A DNA stretch of 64,000 nucleotides from Candidatus Eiseniibacteriota bacterium (GCA_963792585.1 CAWBWI010000006.1:800001-864000), one strand, 5' to 3'. Shown: positions 21,346 through 32,090, counted from the stretch's first letter. Notes: generated from the sequence alone by a model not told the origin. Made by a program: numbers and translations.

Positions 21346-22341
21346 ATGCCAGCCAACCTGACGCCCCAATACCAGGCCGCCGAAGAGCGCTTCCGGGCCG
21401 CGCAAACGGTCGAGGAGAAAATCGAAGCGCTGCGTGAGATGCTCTCCACGATCCCCAAGCACAAGGGGACGGAGAAACTCCAGGCGGACATCAAGCGGCG
21501 ACTCGCGAAGTGCCAGCAGGAACAAGAGCAGCGCAAGAAATCGGGCGGGAGGCGCCACGACCCCGGCCATATCCCCCGCGAAGGGGCGGGTCAGGTCGCA
21601 TTGATCGGGCCTCCCAATTCCGGGAAGTCCTCCCTGCTCGCTGCGCTGACCCACGCCCGCCCGGAAGTCGCCGACTACCCCTTCACGACCTCGGCCCCGT
21701 TGCCGGGCATGATGCCTTACGAGGACGTGCAGGTTCAGCTGATCGACACGCCTCCGATGACCGGCGAGCCTTTCGATCCGCTGTTGATCAACATCGCGCG
21801 CAACGCCGACTGCCTTCTGCTCGTCGTCGACCCGAACGACCCCGAGGCGCTCGAGCAGGTCGAGCACGTGCGCGCCTTCTTGACGCGCAGCCGCATTTCC
21901 CCGATCGGACGTCCCGTGCCCGAGGAGTTCACGATCTCCGGGCGCGTGATGCACGTGCATCTGGCGCTGAACAAGCTCGACCTCGAGCCCGACGGGGAGA
22001 TCGTGACGATGCTCCACGAGGCGATCGGGGCAGACCTGCCGCTCCACCGGATCGCCGCAGCCCACGGCGCGGGCCTCGAAGAACTCAGGGGCGCGCTCTA
22101 CAGGCTCCTCGACGTTCTGCGCGTCTACGCCAAGGAGCCGGGCAAGAAGCCCGACATGGCACGACCTTTCGTCATGAAGCGGGGCGCCACGGTCCACGAC
22201 CTGGCGATGATCATCCACAAGGACATCGCCGCGAGCTTCAAGTACGCGCGGATATGGGGATCGGCAAAGTTCGACGGGCAACAGGTCGATCGCGACCACG
22301 TGCTCGCGGACCGCGACGTCGTCGAGATCCACGCGGTCTGA
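21346..22341 (+). CDS. OBG-superfamily DRG-like GTPase with C-terminal TGS domain
   Basis: PKHKGTEKL N-terminal domain; GPPNSGKS, YPFTT, DTPP, NKLD; TGS ..YARIWG....GQQV..DH.L.D.DVVEIH. Confidence 0.9.
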   Translation: MPANLTPQYQAAEERFRAAQTVEEKIEALREMLSTIPKHKGTEKLQADIKRRLAKCQQEQEQRKKSGGRRHDPGHIPREGAGQVALIGPPNSGKSSLLAALTHARPEVADYPFTTSAPLPGMMPYEDVQVQLIDTPPMTGEPFDPLLINIARNADCLLLVVDPNDPEALEQVEHVRAFLTRSRISPIGRPVPEEFTISGRVMHVHLALNKLDLEPDGEIVTMLHEAIGADLPLHRIAAAHGAGLEELRGALYRLLDVLRVYAKEPGKKPDMARPFVMKRGATVHDLAMIIHKDIAASFKYARIWGSAKFDGQQVDRDHVLADRDVVEIHAV

Positions 22342-22400
22342 TCCAATCTCGGCGCGGGCGCTTCCCCGCACCGAGCCTCACGTAGACCGACGGCGGCGCC

Positions 22401-23081
22401 TCAGGCCGGGGCGACCTCGACGCGGCCGCCCGCGATGCGCACCCTCCCGCCCGCGATCCAGCCGATCGCTTCGGGATAGAGCTCGCGCTCCGCGGTCTGG
22501 ACCCGTTCGGCGAGCGAATCCGGAGTGTCCTTCGCGAGCACCGCGATCCGTCTCTGGGCCAGGATCGGGCCATGATCGTATTCCGGATCGGCGAAGTGGA
22601 CGGTGCAGCCGCTCTCCCGTTCTTCCGCGGCCAGGACCGCCTCGTGCACGTGGTGCCCGTACATCCCGGCGCCGCCGAAACGCGGCAGCAGGGCAGGATG
22701 GACATTGAGGACCGCATAGCGATCGAAGAACGCGCGACCCAGCCGACTCATGAAGCCGCCGAGCGCGACAAGATCGATCGCGAGCGGAGCAAGGAGTTCG
22801 ATCAGCGACGCAGTGTAGGCGTCGTGGTCGAAGACGCCGTCGTGAACAAAATCTCTGCGGGCGAGGACGCGCGTCTCGACAGCCCGCCGGCGCGCGAGCT
22901 CGATGCCCGGCACACCCTCGCGACTGCTCACGACGATCACGAGCTTCGCATCCAGACGCCCCGTACGAATGGCATCGGCGAGGTTCGCCATCGTCGTCCC
23001 TCCACCCGAGATCAAGACGGCGAGACGGAGGGTCCGAGGGTGGGACGGAAGCTGATCGGGTCGCGGGAAGGTCGTTTCCAC
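22401..23081 (-). CDS. purN: Phosphoribosylglycinamide formyltransferase
   Basis: AVLISGGGTT, LNVHPALLPRFGGAGMYG, SGCTVHF, YDHGPI; start approximate. Confidence 0.92.
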   Translation of the reverse strand: METTFPRPDQLPSHPRTLRLAVLISGGGTTMANLADAIRTGRLDAKLVIVVSSREGVPGIELARRRAVETRVLARRDFVHDGVFDHDAYTASLIELLAPLAIDLVALGGFMSRLGRAFFDRYAVLNVHPALLPRFGGAGMYGHHVHEAVLAAEERESGCTVHFADPEYDHGPILAQRRIAVLAKDTPDSLAERVQTAERELYPEAIGWIAGGRVRIAGGRVEVAPA

Positions 23082-23230
23082 GGTCCGCAGTCTACCATGT
23101 CCGGCTCCGTATCGCGGCCCGCGCCGGAGCGCGCCCGTGATCGAGGGCATGGCCGCGGGAGGTGCGGCGAAGAGACGACCCCTCATCCCCACCTACCCAG
23201 CCACGGGAGAGTCGTATCCGAGGGCGCAGA

Positions 23231-24766
23231 TCAGCGAAAGAAGTCCGCCGCGTGAACGACGGCCAGATGCCCCATCCCCAGCGCGAGCTTCTCGATCTCC
23301 GCGTCCTTGGCGCGCACATCCTCGGGCGCGCTGCCGCCCGAGTAGACGATCGGGGTACGACCGCCTCCCTCGAGAAGCCCCCGGATCGAGTCGGCCTGCG
23401 CGCAGACGAGGACGGCCCGCAGATTCCTGCCGTCGAGATGCGTCTTGAGGGCGGCGTTCACTTGCTCGAGGGTCATCGTATCGAGCGCCGCATCCAGCTC
23501 CGCGACGGTATCGCCTGCGCCACGATGCGCGTCGTCCATCGCTAAGCCGAGCCTTCTCTGCAGGGTCTGCTTCCACAGCCGGCTCACGTTACGCACATGT
23601 TCCCGCGAGATCTCGAACTCCTGCCGGGTCAGCCCGTCGTCGATCAGGTGGCGCAGTTCCCAGATGGCATGGCGCAGGGCGAAGGCTCCGTTCGCGGGTT
23701 GTACCGGACGGATCCAGATCGAGAAGTAGGGGACCGCGCGCCACAGGTTCGTCCTCCCGAAGCGTCCCCAGCCCTCCTGCTCGAAGTGGTCCAGATAGGC
23801 ATAGTCGCCGTAGTTCAGCCCCCGCCTCGAACGCATCTCCCTTTGCAGGCGGCCGTGGAAGGTCCGATGCTCCCCGAACGCGGTCGCCGCAACGTAGAGC
23901 GGCCAATAATCCGGATCGCCGCGCGTGACCGTGTGGGGGAAACCGATCGAGATCGCCGTCGAGCGGGCCGCTTTGTCGATCAACAGGACATCAACTCCGG
24001 CGGGCGGGGGCGCCGTGAACGACCGGACCCGGGCAGGGAGCGGTCCATCGGGAAGTTCCGCGAGGTCATCGCGGACGCGCGCGGCGAAATCCGCGTCGTA
24101 GCTGCCGGCGATGCCCACGTGGACGAGCGGACGGACCATCATCCGCCGGTGGAATCCGCGAACGTCTTCGGCATGGATCGCGTGCAGCCCCGACTCGGTG
24201 CCGATCGCCGCGTGCTCCCAGGGCGTCCCGTGGAAGAGCTGTGACTGGAGCGCCTCTTTCCCGAGTCGCTCGTCTTCCGTTGCCTTGAGGTCGTTGACCA
24301 AAGAACTCAAGGTTGCGTCGCGGAGTCTCTCGATGTCCGTCGACTCGAAGCGCGGATGGAACACGGTCTCCCAGAAGATCGGGTAGAAGGCCGGGAGGTC
24401 TTCCTTTCGCACCCGCGCGCTGAAGACCGTTGTTTCGCGGTCGACGTGGACCTCGATGGAGGCCGCCATCGGGTAGAGTCGCTCGGCAACCTGAGCCTTC
24501 GTGAGGTCGGATGTTCCCCCTTCGGCCGCCGCGCGCATGGTCAGATTGCACAGGCCGAGTCTTCCGTCCGGATCATCGACCGAACCGGTCTCCACGACCA
24601 CGCGCAGCGCCACGGTCGGCGACTCGGCGACCGGAATCTCGACGATCTGCGTGCCGACAGCCGTTTGGGCCGATGCCGCCGCGGCGGGGAGCGACGACAC
24701 GAAGAGAGTCGACACGAGGAGAGCCGACACGAGGAGAGCGAGCGCGATCGGCAACATCCGCTTCAT
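23231..24766 (-). CDS. M16B peptidase, non-catalytic partner subunit (exported)
   Basis: Signal peptide; TGSVDDP with no HxxEH; RLQREMRSRRGLNYG R/Y motif; ATGA overlap with the catalytic subunit gene. Confidence 0.85.
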   Translation of the reverse strand: MKRMLPIALALLVSALLVSTLFVSSLPAAAASAQTAVGTQIVEIPVAESPTVALRVVVETGSVDDPDGRLGLCNLTMRAAAEGGTSDLTKAQVAERLYPMAASIEVHVDRETTVFSARVRKEDLPAFYPIFWETVFHPRFESTDIERLRDATLSSLVNDLKATEDERLGKEALQSQLFHGTPWEHAAIGTESGLHAIHAEDVRGFHRRMMVRPLVHVGIAGSYDADFAARVRDDLAELPDGPLPARVRSFTAPPPAGVDVLLIDKAARSTAISIGFPHTVTRGDPDYWPLYVAATAFGEHRTFHGRLQREMRSRRGLNYGDYAYLDHFEQEGWGRFGRTNLWRAVPYFSIWIRPVQPANGAFALRHAIWELRHLIDDGLTRQEFEISREHVRNVSRLWKQTLQRRLGLAMDDAHRGAGDTVAELDAALDTMTLEQVNAALKTHLDGRNLRAVLVCAQADSIRGLLEGGGRTPIVYSGGSAPEDVRAKDAEIEKLALGMGHLAVVHAADFFR

Positions 24767-26103
24767 GGCTTCGCCTCCTTCCCGACGAGGGTGACCGTGA
24801 TCGTTCGAAGCGGGTCGAGATAACGCTCCGAGGTCTTCATCAGATCCTCCGATGTCACCGAGGCGACGTTCGCGTAGTGCCGTTCGATGCTTCCTGCATC
24901 GCCCGTGAGCGATATGAATTCCGATAGCCTCCACGCGACGCCTCCGGAAGTTTCCAGCGTCAAGGCGAGGGAGGCAAGGGCCCGGCGCTTGGCGTCCTCG
25001 AGTCGCCTTCCTTCGACCGGCTGTTTGGCAACCTGCGCCACCGTGGAGAGGATCCTCGCGCGCACGCTGTCCAGTGCGGAGACCCGCCGAAGGTGCGCCG
25101 AAACGATGAACAGACCCGGATCGCGGGTCCGCTCGAAGTTCGCGCCGATCGACTCGGCCACGCCGCGATCGAGCACGAGATCTCGGTAGATCTCCGATGT
25201 CTCCCCGAACCATAGGTCGCGGATCAACTCGAGGGCGGCCGTCTCCTTCGTCGATTCATCATATGCCGGGGCGCGGAAAGAGATGTCGATCACCGGTCGC
25301 GTCGGGCCTTCCCAGGTCAGGTCTTCACGGACGGCCCCCGCCAACGGCGGTTCCTGCTGCACCACCGGAACGGGGCCGCCGCGCCGCCAGCCGGCATACT
25401 GCTCGCGGACGCGCCGCTCGACGTCGTCGGGATCGAAGTCCCCGGTGACGAGGATCACACACGATTCGGGACGGTAGTAGTGATCGTAGAAGGCGAGCGA
25501 GTAGTCATAGCCGTTGGGCATGCCGCGCACGTCCGCCTCGTAACCCATCGTCGTGTGCCCGTAGGTGTGCTTCTTGAAGGCGAGGGCGGACCGGGTCTCC
25601 TCGATCATCGTTCCCGGATCTCCGCGTCCGATCGAGAACTCGCCCAGCACGGCTCCGGCCTCCTTCTTGAACTGCTCCTCCGTGTAACGGAGGTTCATGA
25701 ATCGGTCCGCTTCCATCTCGATCACCTGAGATAGACCCGACGCGGGGAGTGTCATGTAGTAGCCGGTCATGTCGTTGCCGGTCGACGCATTCCCGTCGGA
25801 GCCCAGCATGTCGAGGACCCGCGCGTATTCCGTCTGCGGAAACTTCGGCGTGCCGCGAAACATCATGTGCTCGAAGAAGTGCGCGTAGCCGGTTCGCCCC
25901 GGCTCCACCTCATTGCGGGACCCCGCCCGCACGATCGTCTCGTAATTGACCACTCCGGGTGTGGGCATCTTCACCATGACGAGGCGAAGCCCGTTCTCGA
26001 GCGCGGCCGTTCGAATCGGGTAGGGAAGCACCTCCCCACGCGCGCGCGGGGCGCGGGCAGAAACCGCGATCAACAGGACCAACAGGCCGACGATGCGCCG
26101 CAT
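24763..26103 (-). CDS. M16B zinc peptidase, catalytic subunit (exported)
   Basis: Signal peptide; LENGL, GSRNE, AHFFEHMMFRGT, NAST. Confidence 0.92.
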   Translation of the reverse strand: MRRIVGLLVLLIAVSARAPRARGEVLPYPIRTAALENGLRLVMVKMPTPGVVNYETIVRAGSRNEVEPGRTGYAHFFEHMMFRGTPKFPQTEYARVLDMLGSDGNASTGNDMTGYYMTLPASGLSQVIEMEADRFMNLRYTEEQFKKEAGAVLGEFSIGRGDPGTMIEETRSALAFKKHTYGHTTMGYEADVRGMPNGYDYSLAFYDHYYRPESCVILVTGDFDPDDVERRVREQYAGWRRGGPVPVVQQEPPLAGAVREDLTWEGPTRPVIDISFRAPAYDESTKETAALELIRDLWFGETSEIYRDLVLDRGVAESIGANFERTRDPGLFIVSAHLRRVSALDSVRARILSTVAQVAKQPVEGRRLEDAKRRALASLALTLETSGGVAWRLSEFISLTGDAGSIERHYANVASVTSEDLMKTSERYLDPLRTITVTLVGKEAKP

Positions 26104-26244
26104 GAACCCCCCTTTCGCGGGCGGGGGGCGGAATCCCGGCGGGCCGCACGGCCCGCGACTGCCCCGGTCACCCACATGGACATGGAGGAGCGTACTCGGA
26201 ATACGCTGCATAGGAAAGCAAGACAAGCAGTTGAGAGATTTTCG

Positions 26245-26284
26245 TTGACGTCTTTGACTTGCTGTACTATTCTGTACTAGTACA
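26245..26284 (+). promoter_or_regulatory. Sigma70-type promoter overlapped by a YtrA-type palindromic operator
   Basis: TTGACG (26245) - 17 nt - TATTCT (26268); inverted repeat TGTACTA-N8-TAGTACA (26263-26284) just upstream of the GntR gene. Confidence 0.7.
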
Positions 26285-26297
26285 TAGAGGAGCAAGC

Positions 26298-26711
26298 ATG
26301 CGCTATCTCATAATCGACACGCAAAGCGCCGTTCCGGTCTATCTCCAGATCATGGAGCAGGTCCGCACGCGCGTGACCGATGGCGACCTCCCGCCAGGAT
26401 CGCCCATCCCCTCGGTACGCCAGATGGCGACGGACCTCGGGATCAACCCGAACACCGTCGCCAAGGCCTACATGCTTCTCGAGCGGGAGGGAATCATCCT
26501 CACGGTGCGCCGTCGCGGGACCTTCGTATCCGAGATGGCCCTCGCCCGAGCCCGGCAATCGCTGGATGCTCGAATCGACACCACCGTCGATCGGATCGTC
26601 GACGAGGTCGTCGCGCTCGGGATCGACAAGACACAGCTCCTCGCCGCACTCCGCCGTAAGCTGGGCGGCAGACCTTCCGACGACGACCCTACCGGAGGTA
26701 CGAAGCGATGA
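26298..26711 (+). CDS. GntR family transcriptional regulator, YtrA subfamily
   Basis: PVYLQI, PSVRQMA..LGINPNTVAKAY..LE.EG, GTFV; short helical C-terminus; GAGGAG RBS. Confidence 0.92.
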   Translation: MRYLIIDTQSAVPVYLQIMEQVRTRVTDGDLPPGSPIPSVRQMATDLGINPNTVAKAYMLLEREGIILTVRRRGTFVSEMALARARQSLDARIDTTVDRIVDEVVALGIDKTQLLAALRRKLGGRPSDDDPTGGTKR

Positions 26712-27610
26712 AGATCCCCCTTCTCTATTTGACGATCTCGCTGCAGGTGGTGGCGTTCCAGCTCATCTGGATTCGCATCAACCGCCGCCTCCCCGATCTG
26801 CTCATCGGCACTCCGACAATGCCGGAGCCGACCGCGCGCCGCGTGGCCGCCTTTCGAGAGCGCACCGGCCGGACCCGCATCCTCCTCGGCGTCCTTTACC
26901 TGATCCTGGCCGCCCTTGCCGCGTTCGTCGTGCCGCTCGATCTCGGCCACCGCAAGCTCGCGCTCGGCGTGATCTCCCTCCTGTCGAGCGGAACCCTCGT
27001 CGGGGGATTCGTCTCCGATGTGCGGACGGTCAACCGGTTCCGGACGGGCCTGCCCGACCCGCAGGTGCGGGTCGCGGGGCTGAAACCCCGCTCCATCTCG
27101 CTTGCCTACCCCCCTGCGTGGGAAGCCCTCCCCATCGCCCTCATCCTGGCGACGCTCACGGCGACGGTCTGGGCAATGCACCATGGCGTCCTCGAGTTCG
27201 GGGTCCGCGTATTGGCAAGGCCCACCGTCCAGATCTTCTATTTCCTCATTACCATGGCCCTCACGGTCTTTCAGGTCCGATCCGGTTCTTGCCTGACCTG
27301 GAGGGCACGGAACTTCCAGGTCTCTCCCGATCAGGCTCTGGCTCTCTCCGAGAGGATCAACCGCCGGGAGATTCTCTTCCTGTTCTACTGCCGCGTCGCG
27401 ATTGTCCTCATGCTCGGGGTCGGGCAGACACGGATCATCCGCGAAGCGATGGGGCATCCCCGCTCGACGATCCTCGAGATCGCCGAGGGCGCCATCCTCC
27501 TGGCGCTCCTCGGTCAACTGATCATCCAATTGCTGCGGCATCCCATTCGAACCATGAGAGCGTCCGCCCCGCTCGGCGATGCGGACCGGAGAAACGGAGG
27601 CGCCTCGTGA
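26708..27610 (+). CDS. Multi-pass membrane protein co-transcribed with the YtrA-type regulator
   Basis: About 7 hydrophobic segments; ATGA overlap with the GntR stop. Confidence 0.7.
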   Translation: MKIPLLYLTISLQVVAFQLIWIRINRRLPDLLIGTPTMPEPTARRVAAFRERTGRTRILLGVLYLILAALAAFVVPLDLGHRKLALGVISLLSSGTLVGGFVSDVRTVNRFRTGLPDPQVRVAGLKPRSISLAYPPAWEALPIALILATLTATVWAMHHGVLEFGVRVLARPTVQIFYFLITMALTVFQVRSGSCLTWRARNFQVSPDQALALSERINRREILFLFYCRVAIVLMLGVGQTRIIREAMGHPRSTILEIAEGAILLALLGQLIIQLLRHPIRTMRASAPLGDADRRNGGAS

Positions 27611-27733
27611 ACAGGTCCTCTCCCCCGCCGCCGCTTTCCTTCAGTGAGAAGGTCGGCCGGCCGAAATCGTGTATGATTTCGTGTTCGCAGAAATGAGTGA
27701 CGGTACACGGCCGCGCCGAGGAGAGGAGGGGCC

Positions 27734-29101
27734 ATGCCCGATCGACGGATTGACCTGACGGAGCGGGAGATTCCGCGCCAGTGGTACAACATTGTGCCCG
27801 ACATGCCCGTGAAGCCGCCCCCTCCGCTGCATCCGGGGACCGGACAACCCATCGGCCCCGAGGCGCTGACGCCGATCTTTCCGATGGGACTGATCCTGCA
27901 GGAGGTTTCCACTGACAGATGGATCCCGATTCCGGAGGAAGTCCTCGACGTCTACCGCCTCTGGCGGCCCACCCCTCTCTTCCGCGCGGACAGGCTCGAG
28001 AAGGCCCTCGGAACCCCGGCGAAGATCTACTACAAGTACGAAGGGGTCAGCCCCGCGGGAAGCCACAAGACGAACACCTCGGTTCCGCAGGCCTACTACA
28101 ACATGAAGGAGGGAGTGAAGCGGATCGCGACCGAGACCGGCGCCGGGCAATGGGGATGCGCGCTGGCCTTCGCCACCCAGAAGTTCGGCTTGGAGTGCAA
28201 GGTCTACATGGTGCGCGTCTCGCACGATGCCAGAAGCCCTATCGCCGGTCGATGATGCGGACCTGGGGCGCCTCGGTCGTCGCCAGCCCGTCGAATGAGA
28301 CGGCCGCGGGGCGGAAGTTCCTCGAACAGGACCCGAACAACCCCGGCAGCCTCGGCATCGCGATCAGCGAGGCGGTCGAGGACGCCGCGACGCGCGAGGA
28401 CACGAAGTACGCCCTCGGCAGCGTTCTGAATCACGTGCTTCTGCACCAGACCGTGATCGGACTCGAGGCGAAGAAGGCGTTCGAGAAGACGGGCGATTAC
28501 CCCGACGTGGTCATCGGATGCACCGGCGGCGGCAGCAACTTCGCCGGCATCACCTTCCCGTTCCTCGCGGACAAGTTCGCGGGACGCAAGATCCGCATCG
28601 TCGCCGCCGAACCGGCCTCCTGCCCGAGCCTCACGCGCGGGGAGTTCCGCTACGACTTCGGCGACACGGCCCAGACGACGCCGCTCTTGCCGATGTACAC
28701 GCTCGGGCACACTTACATGCCGCCCTACGATTCACTCCGGGGGTCTGCGCTACCACGGGATGGCGCCGCTGGTGAGTCAGCTCGTCGCGAGCAAGCTCGT
28801 CGAACCGGTCGCCTACATGCAGACGGAGTGCTTCGATGCCGGCGTTCTCTTCGCCAGGACGGAAGGGATCCTCCCCGCGCCGGAGTCGATGCACGCGATC
28901 CGCGCCACCCTCGTCGAAGCGGAACGTTGCCGCAAGGATGGCAAGGCGGAGACGATCCTCTTCAACCTCAGCGGCCACGGGCACCTCGACCTCGCCGCCT
29001 ACGACGCCTACTTCGCCGGCGAGCTCGGGGACCATGCCCTCGCCCAGTCCGACCTCGACGCCGCGATGGCGGCGATCTCGGGCCTGCCCAGGATCACGTA
29101 G
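27734..29101 (+). CDS. trpB2: Tryptophan synthase beta chain type 2 (TrpB2), two frameshifts near 28230 and 28730
   Basis: [21 protein letters not shown] (PLP Lys), [42 protein letters not shown] across three consecutive frames. Confidence 0.92.
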
Positions 29102-29121
29102 GCGGAAGCCCGTAGGAGCGA

Positions 29122-29158
29122 CGGCTCCGGGCCGCCCTCCGGGCGCGGTCCGGAGCCG
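29122..29158 (+). terminator. GC-rich hairpin after trpB2
   Basis: CGGCTCCGGGCCGC ... GCGGTCCGGAGCCG inverted repeat; no clear U tract. Confidence 0.45.
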
Positions 29159-29207
29159 GATCCTTAGTTGCCCCGCCCCGACAGTCTGGGGATAATCCGT
29201 CCAATGC

Positions 29208-30256
29208 GTGGATCGGAGCTCCTTCACAGGATCGGAGCAGACGAGACGGGCCGGCGCGCCGCCGCAGGCCCACGGACAGCTCCTCCCCGTCCTGGCACTG
29301 GTGTTCCTCTTCCTGCTCTGGTCGAACTCGTTCCACGCCATCGCCTACCTGCGTCGGTCGGTGGGGGCGTGGGACCTCGTCGTTCTTCGCTTCGCTCCGG
29401 TCGCGGTCTTCAGCCTGACCTGGATCCTCCTGCACGATCCGCTCCACAACCTCCGGATTCTGATCGAGAACCCCGTTCGAATCGCCCTCTTGGGGCTCTT
29501 GATCGTCCCGATCTACAACGTGCTCCTCAACTGGGGTCAGGGTCAGGTGCCGGCGGGGACCGCCTCGCTCCTGATCGCGATGAACCCGTTGTTCACCTAC
29601 GCCCTCGCCCTGGTGATCCGACAGGAGCGGCATCGCCTGAGGAAGTCGGTCGGGCTCATGCTCTCCTTCACGGGCGTCTATCTCCTCCTGATCCAACAGG
29701 GGCGATCGTTCGGGCCGGGCTACGGGCTGCACGCGCTGTCGGTCCTCGCGGCCCCTCTCTCGTGGGCGATCGCGACGATCGTGGCCAAGCCTCTCGTCAC
29801 CCGAGAGTCGCCGCTTGGGGTGACCTATCTCTCGCTCGGCGTCGGATCGATTCCGTTCCTGCTGATCGCCCCCTTCGACCACACGCTGCGGGTCGCGATC
29901 GGCCGCTTCACGCTCGAGGATTGGTTCGCGATCACGCATCTCTCGTTGATGTGCACCATCATCGGCTTCGCGATCTGGTACGCCTCGCTCCGGAGGCTCC
30001 CCGCGAGCAGCGTGGCGGCCTTCGTCCTCCTGAATCCCCCGATGACGATCGCATTCGGCCCCCTCTGGGGAACCGACCAGCCGACCTCATCCGTGATCGG
30101 GTTCGGCGCGTGGATCCTGGCCGGCATCATCCTGAGCACCTGGAGGATCCCCGATACCGTGACGAACGCCGGAAACGCCGTGCTCGGCGTATTCGACTCG
30201 ATCGAACCGTCGATGCGGCATGTTCGGGATCGCTTCCGGGGAAACCCAAGAAGTGA
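29208..30256 (+). CDS. EamA/DMT family transporter (3' end ambiguous)
   Basis: Two EamA repeats with about 10 TMs (LLWS, LRF, AGTASLL..NPLF, VAAF.LLNP); the annotated frame reads on to 30596, and an alternative stop lies at 30256. Confidence 0.8.
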
Positions 30257-30281
30257 TCCTCTCGATCGGACCGAGGCGGTC

Positions 30282-31822
30282 ATGAGCCAGTCGGCGGTCC
30301 GCGAGGTATCCCGCGGCGGCTTCTACCTCGGGCTCGAGCAGCTCACGCATGATCGTGGGCGGCGTCTTCTACTCGATCGTCGTCCTGCGAATGCTCGGTC
30401 CCGCCACGTACGGGATCCTGAACCTCGGGCAGGCGGCGATCGGGCTCGCGGGCGTGCTCACGACAAACGTCGAGACTTACCTCGAGCGCTTCGTCGCGGA
30501 GCTCGACGCCCGCGGCATGGCGCGCGTTCTGCGACCCCTCGTGCGCGAAGATTCTCGTCGTCAAGACGCTGCTCGCGATCGCCGCGGGGGTCCTGATCGT
30601 CCTCCTGTCCGACACGATCGCCACAGCCTACGGCTACCGCGACCTGCGCCGCCTCCTCCCCGTCCTCGCCCCGCTCGTCCTGCTGGAGGGCGCCTACATG
30701 GTCCTGCGGACGACCCTCTTCGGTCTGCAACGCTTCCGCTCGATCTGGATCGTCGCGCTCGCGAACAACTTCATGAAGCTGGTCATCGTCGTGATCCTCT
30801 GGCGGATGCACGAAGGGGTCGTCGCGCTCGTCGCGGGGATCGTGCTCGTGCAGGCCATCACCGTCGCCGGACTCGCCCTCCTCTGCATTCGCTATTTGCC
30901 CCGTGAGCCGGTTGTGGAGAGCGATGTCCCGACGCACCGGAAGATCTGGGGATACGTCTTGCCCTTGTTCGGCGCGCGCGCCTTCTTCCTCTCCGGCCAG
31001 CATCTCAACCGACTGATTCTCGGCGCGCTGCTGTCGGCGAGCGAACTGGGTCTCGCCGCGTTCGCCTTGATGACCCTCGAGCGCTTCATCGCCCTCGCGG
31101 GATCGATCCCCAATGCGCTTCTGCCGACCCTCTCCAGACTGCGCGGCGAGGGGCGCGAGGACGCGATCGAGCAGGTGGTGACGCAAGGCTACCGACTGGT
31201 CGCCGGTCTGGCCGCCGCGATGACGATCGGCATCTACTGCCTCGCCCGAGAGATCACGCTCATCACCGGCGGCGGGGAGTTCGTCGGCGCGATCCTGCCC
31301 CTGCAGGTGCTCGCCCTGATTCCGCTCTTCCGCACGATGCAGCAGCCGATCAACATGAGTTTCTACACGTACGAGAAGACCCGGACGGTCTTCTGGCTCG
31401 CCGGGCTGAAGTTCGCCGTCGAGCCGATCCTCTACCCGCTCCTGATCCCGCGCTTCGGGATTGCGGGCGTGGCCCTCGCGAGTCTGCTCTCTTCCGTCGT
31501 CGTGTTCGGGCCGACGCTCTCGATCGGCGACTGCCTCTTCCCACGCACGGCATCCGAACGGCGCCGGGCGACCCTGACGGCATGGGCGATCAGCGGCGCG
31601 ATCCTTCTCGCCGCATTTGCAGCCGGACGCCTCCGGGAACCCTGGCCGGGACTCGCTGCCCGCGGGCTCGTCCTGCTCGCCGGTCTCGGGGCGATCGTTC
31701 TGCTGGGTCGCCTGATCCGCGGCGACGACCTGCGCCGCCTCGCCGAGGCAAGCCAACGCGCCCGGATCGGCCGCGTGCTGCGGGCGAGCGCCGGGCTCCT
31801 CGATCGGGTGCACGGGGGCTGA
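30282..31822 (+). CDS. Wzx/MOP-superfamily oligosaccharide flippase, frameshifts near 30346 and 30550
   Basis: GAGG RBS before ATG 30282; RMLGPATYG; LILGALLSASELG; ALLPTLSRL; LIPRFGIAGVALA. Confidence 0.8.
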
Positions 31823-31823
31823 C

Positions 31824-32090
31824 GTGCGCGCCGGCGCCGCTGCCGTCATGATCACCCGGAGCGCCCGCCGCGAGGATGTATCATGGTCCGCATATGCGGT
31901 CCCGTCTTCGGTGGCCGCCGCGCGGGTGATCCAGGACGTCCACTGGGCCTCGGACGTCGTTGGCGCCGCCATCCTCGGAATGGGGATCGGGTGGATCGTC
32001 ACCACGGGCCATGAAGATGGGCGAGCCCTGCGCCTTGCGCCCTCCTTCGACCCGCCGGGACTCTCGCTCGTCCTGACCTTCTCCCGCTGA
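31824..32090 (+). pseudogene. C-terminal fragment of a PAP2 family phosphatase
   Basis: AARV...HWASDVVGAAILG (PAP2 motif 3) present; motifs 1 and 2 absent. Confidence 0.55.

Noticed and set aside
24696..24740. Three ~15-bp tandem repeats (GACACGA[A/G]GAGAG..)
   Set aside because: They encode the ALLVS/TLFVS repeats of a signal peptide; there are no spacers, so this is not CRISPR.
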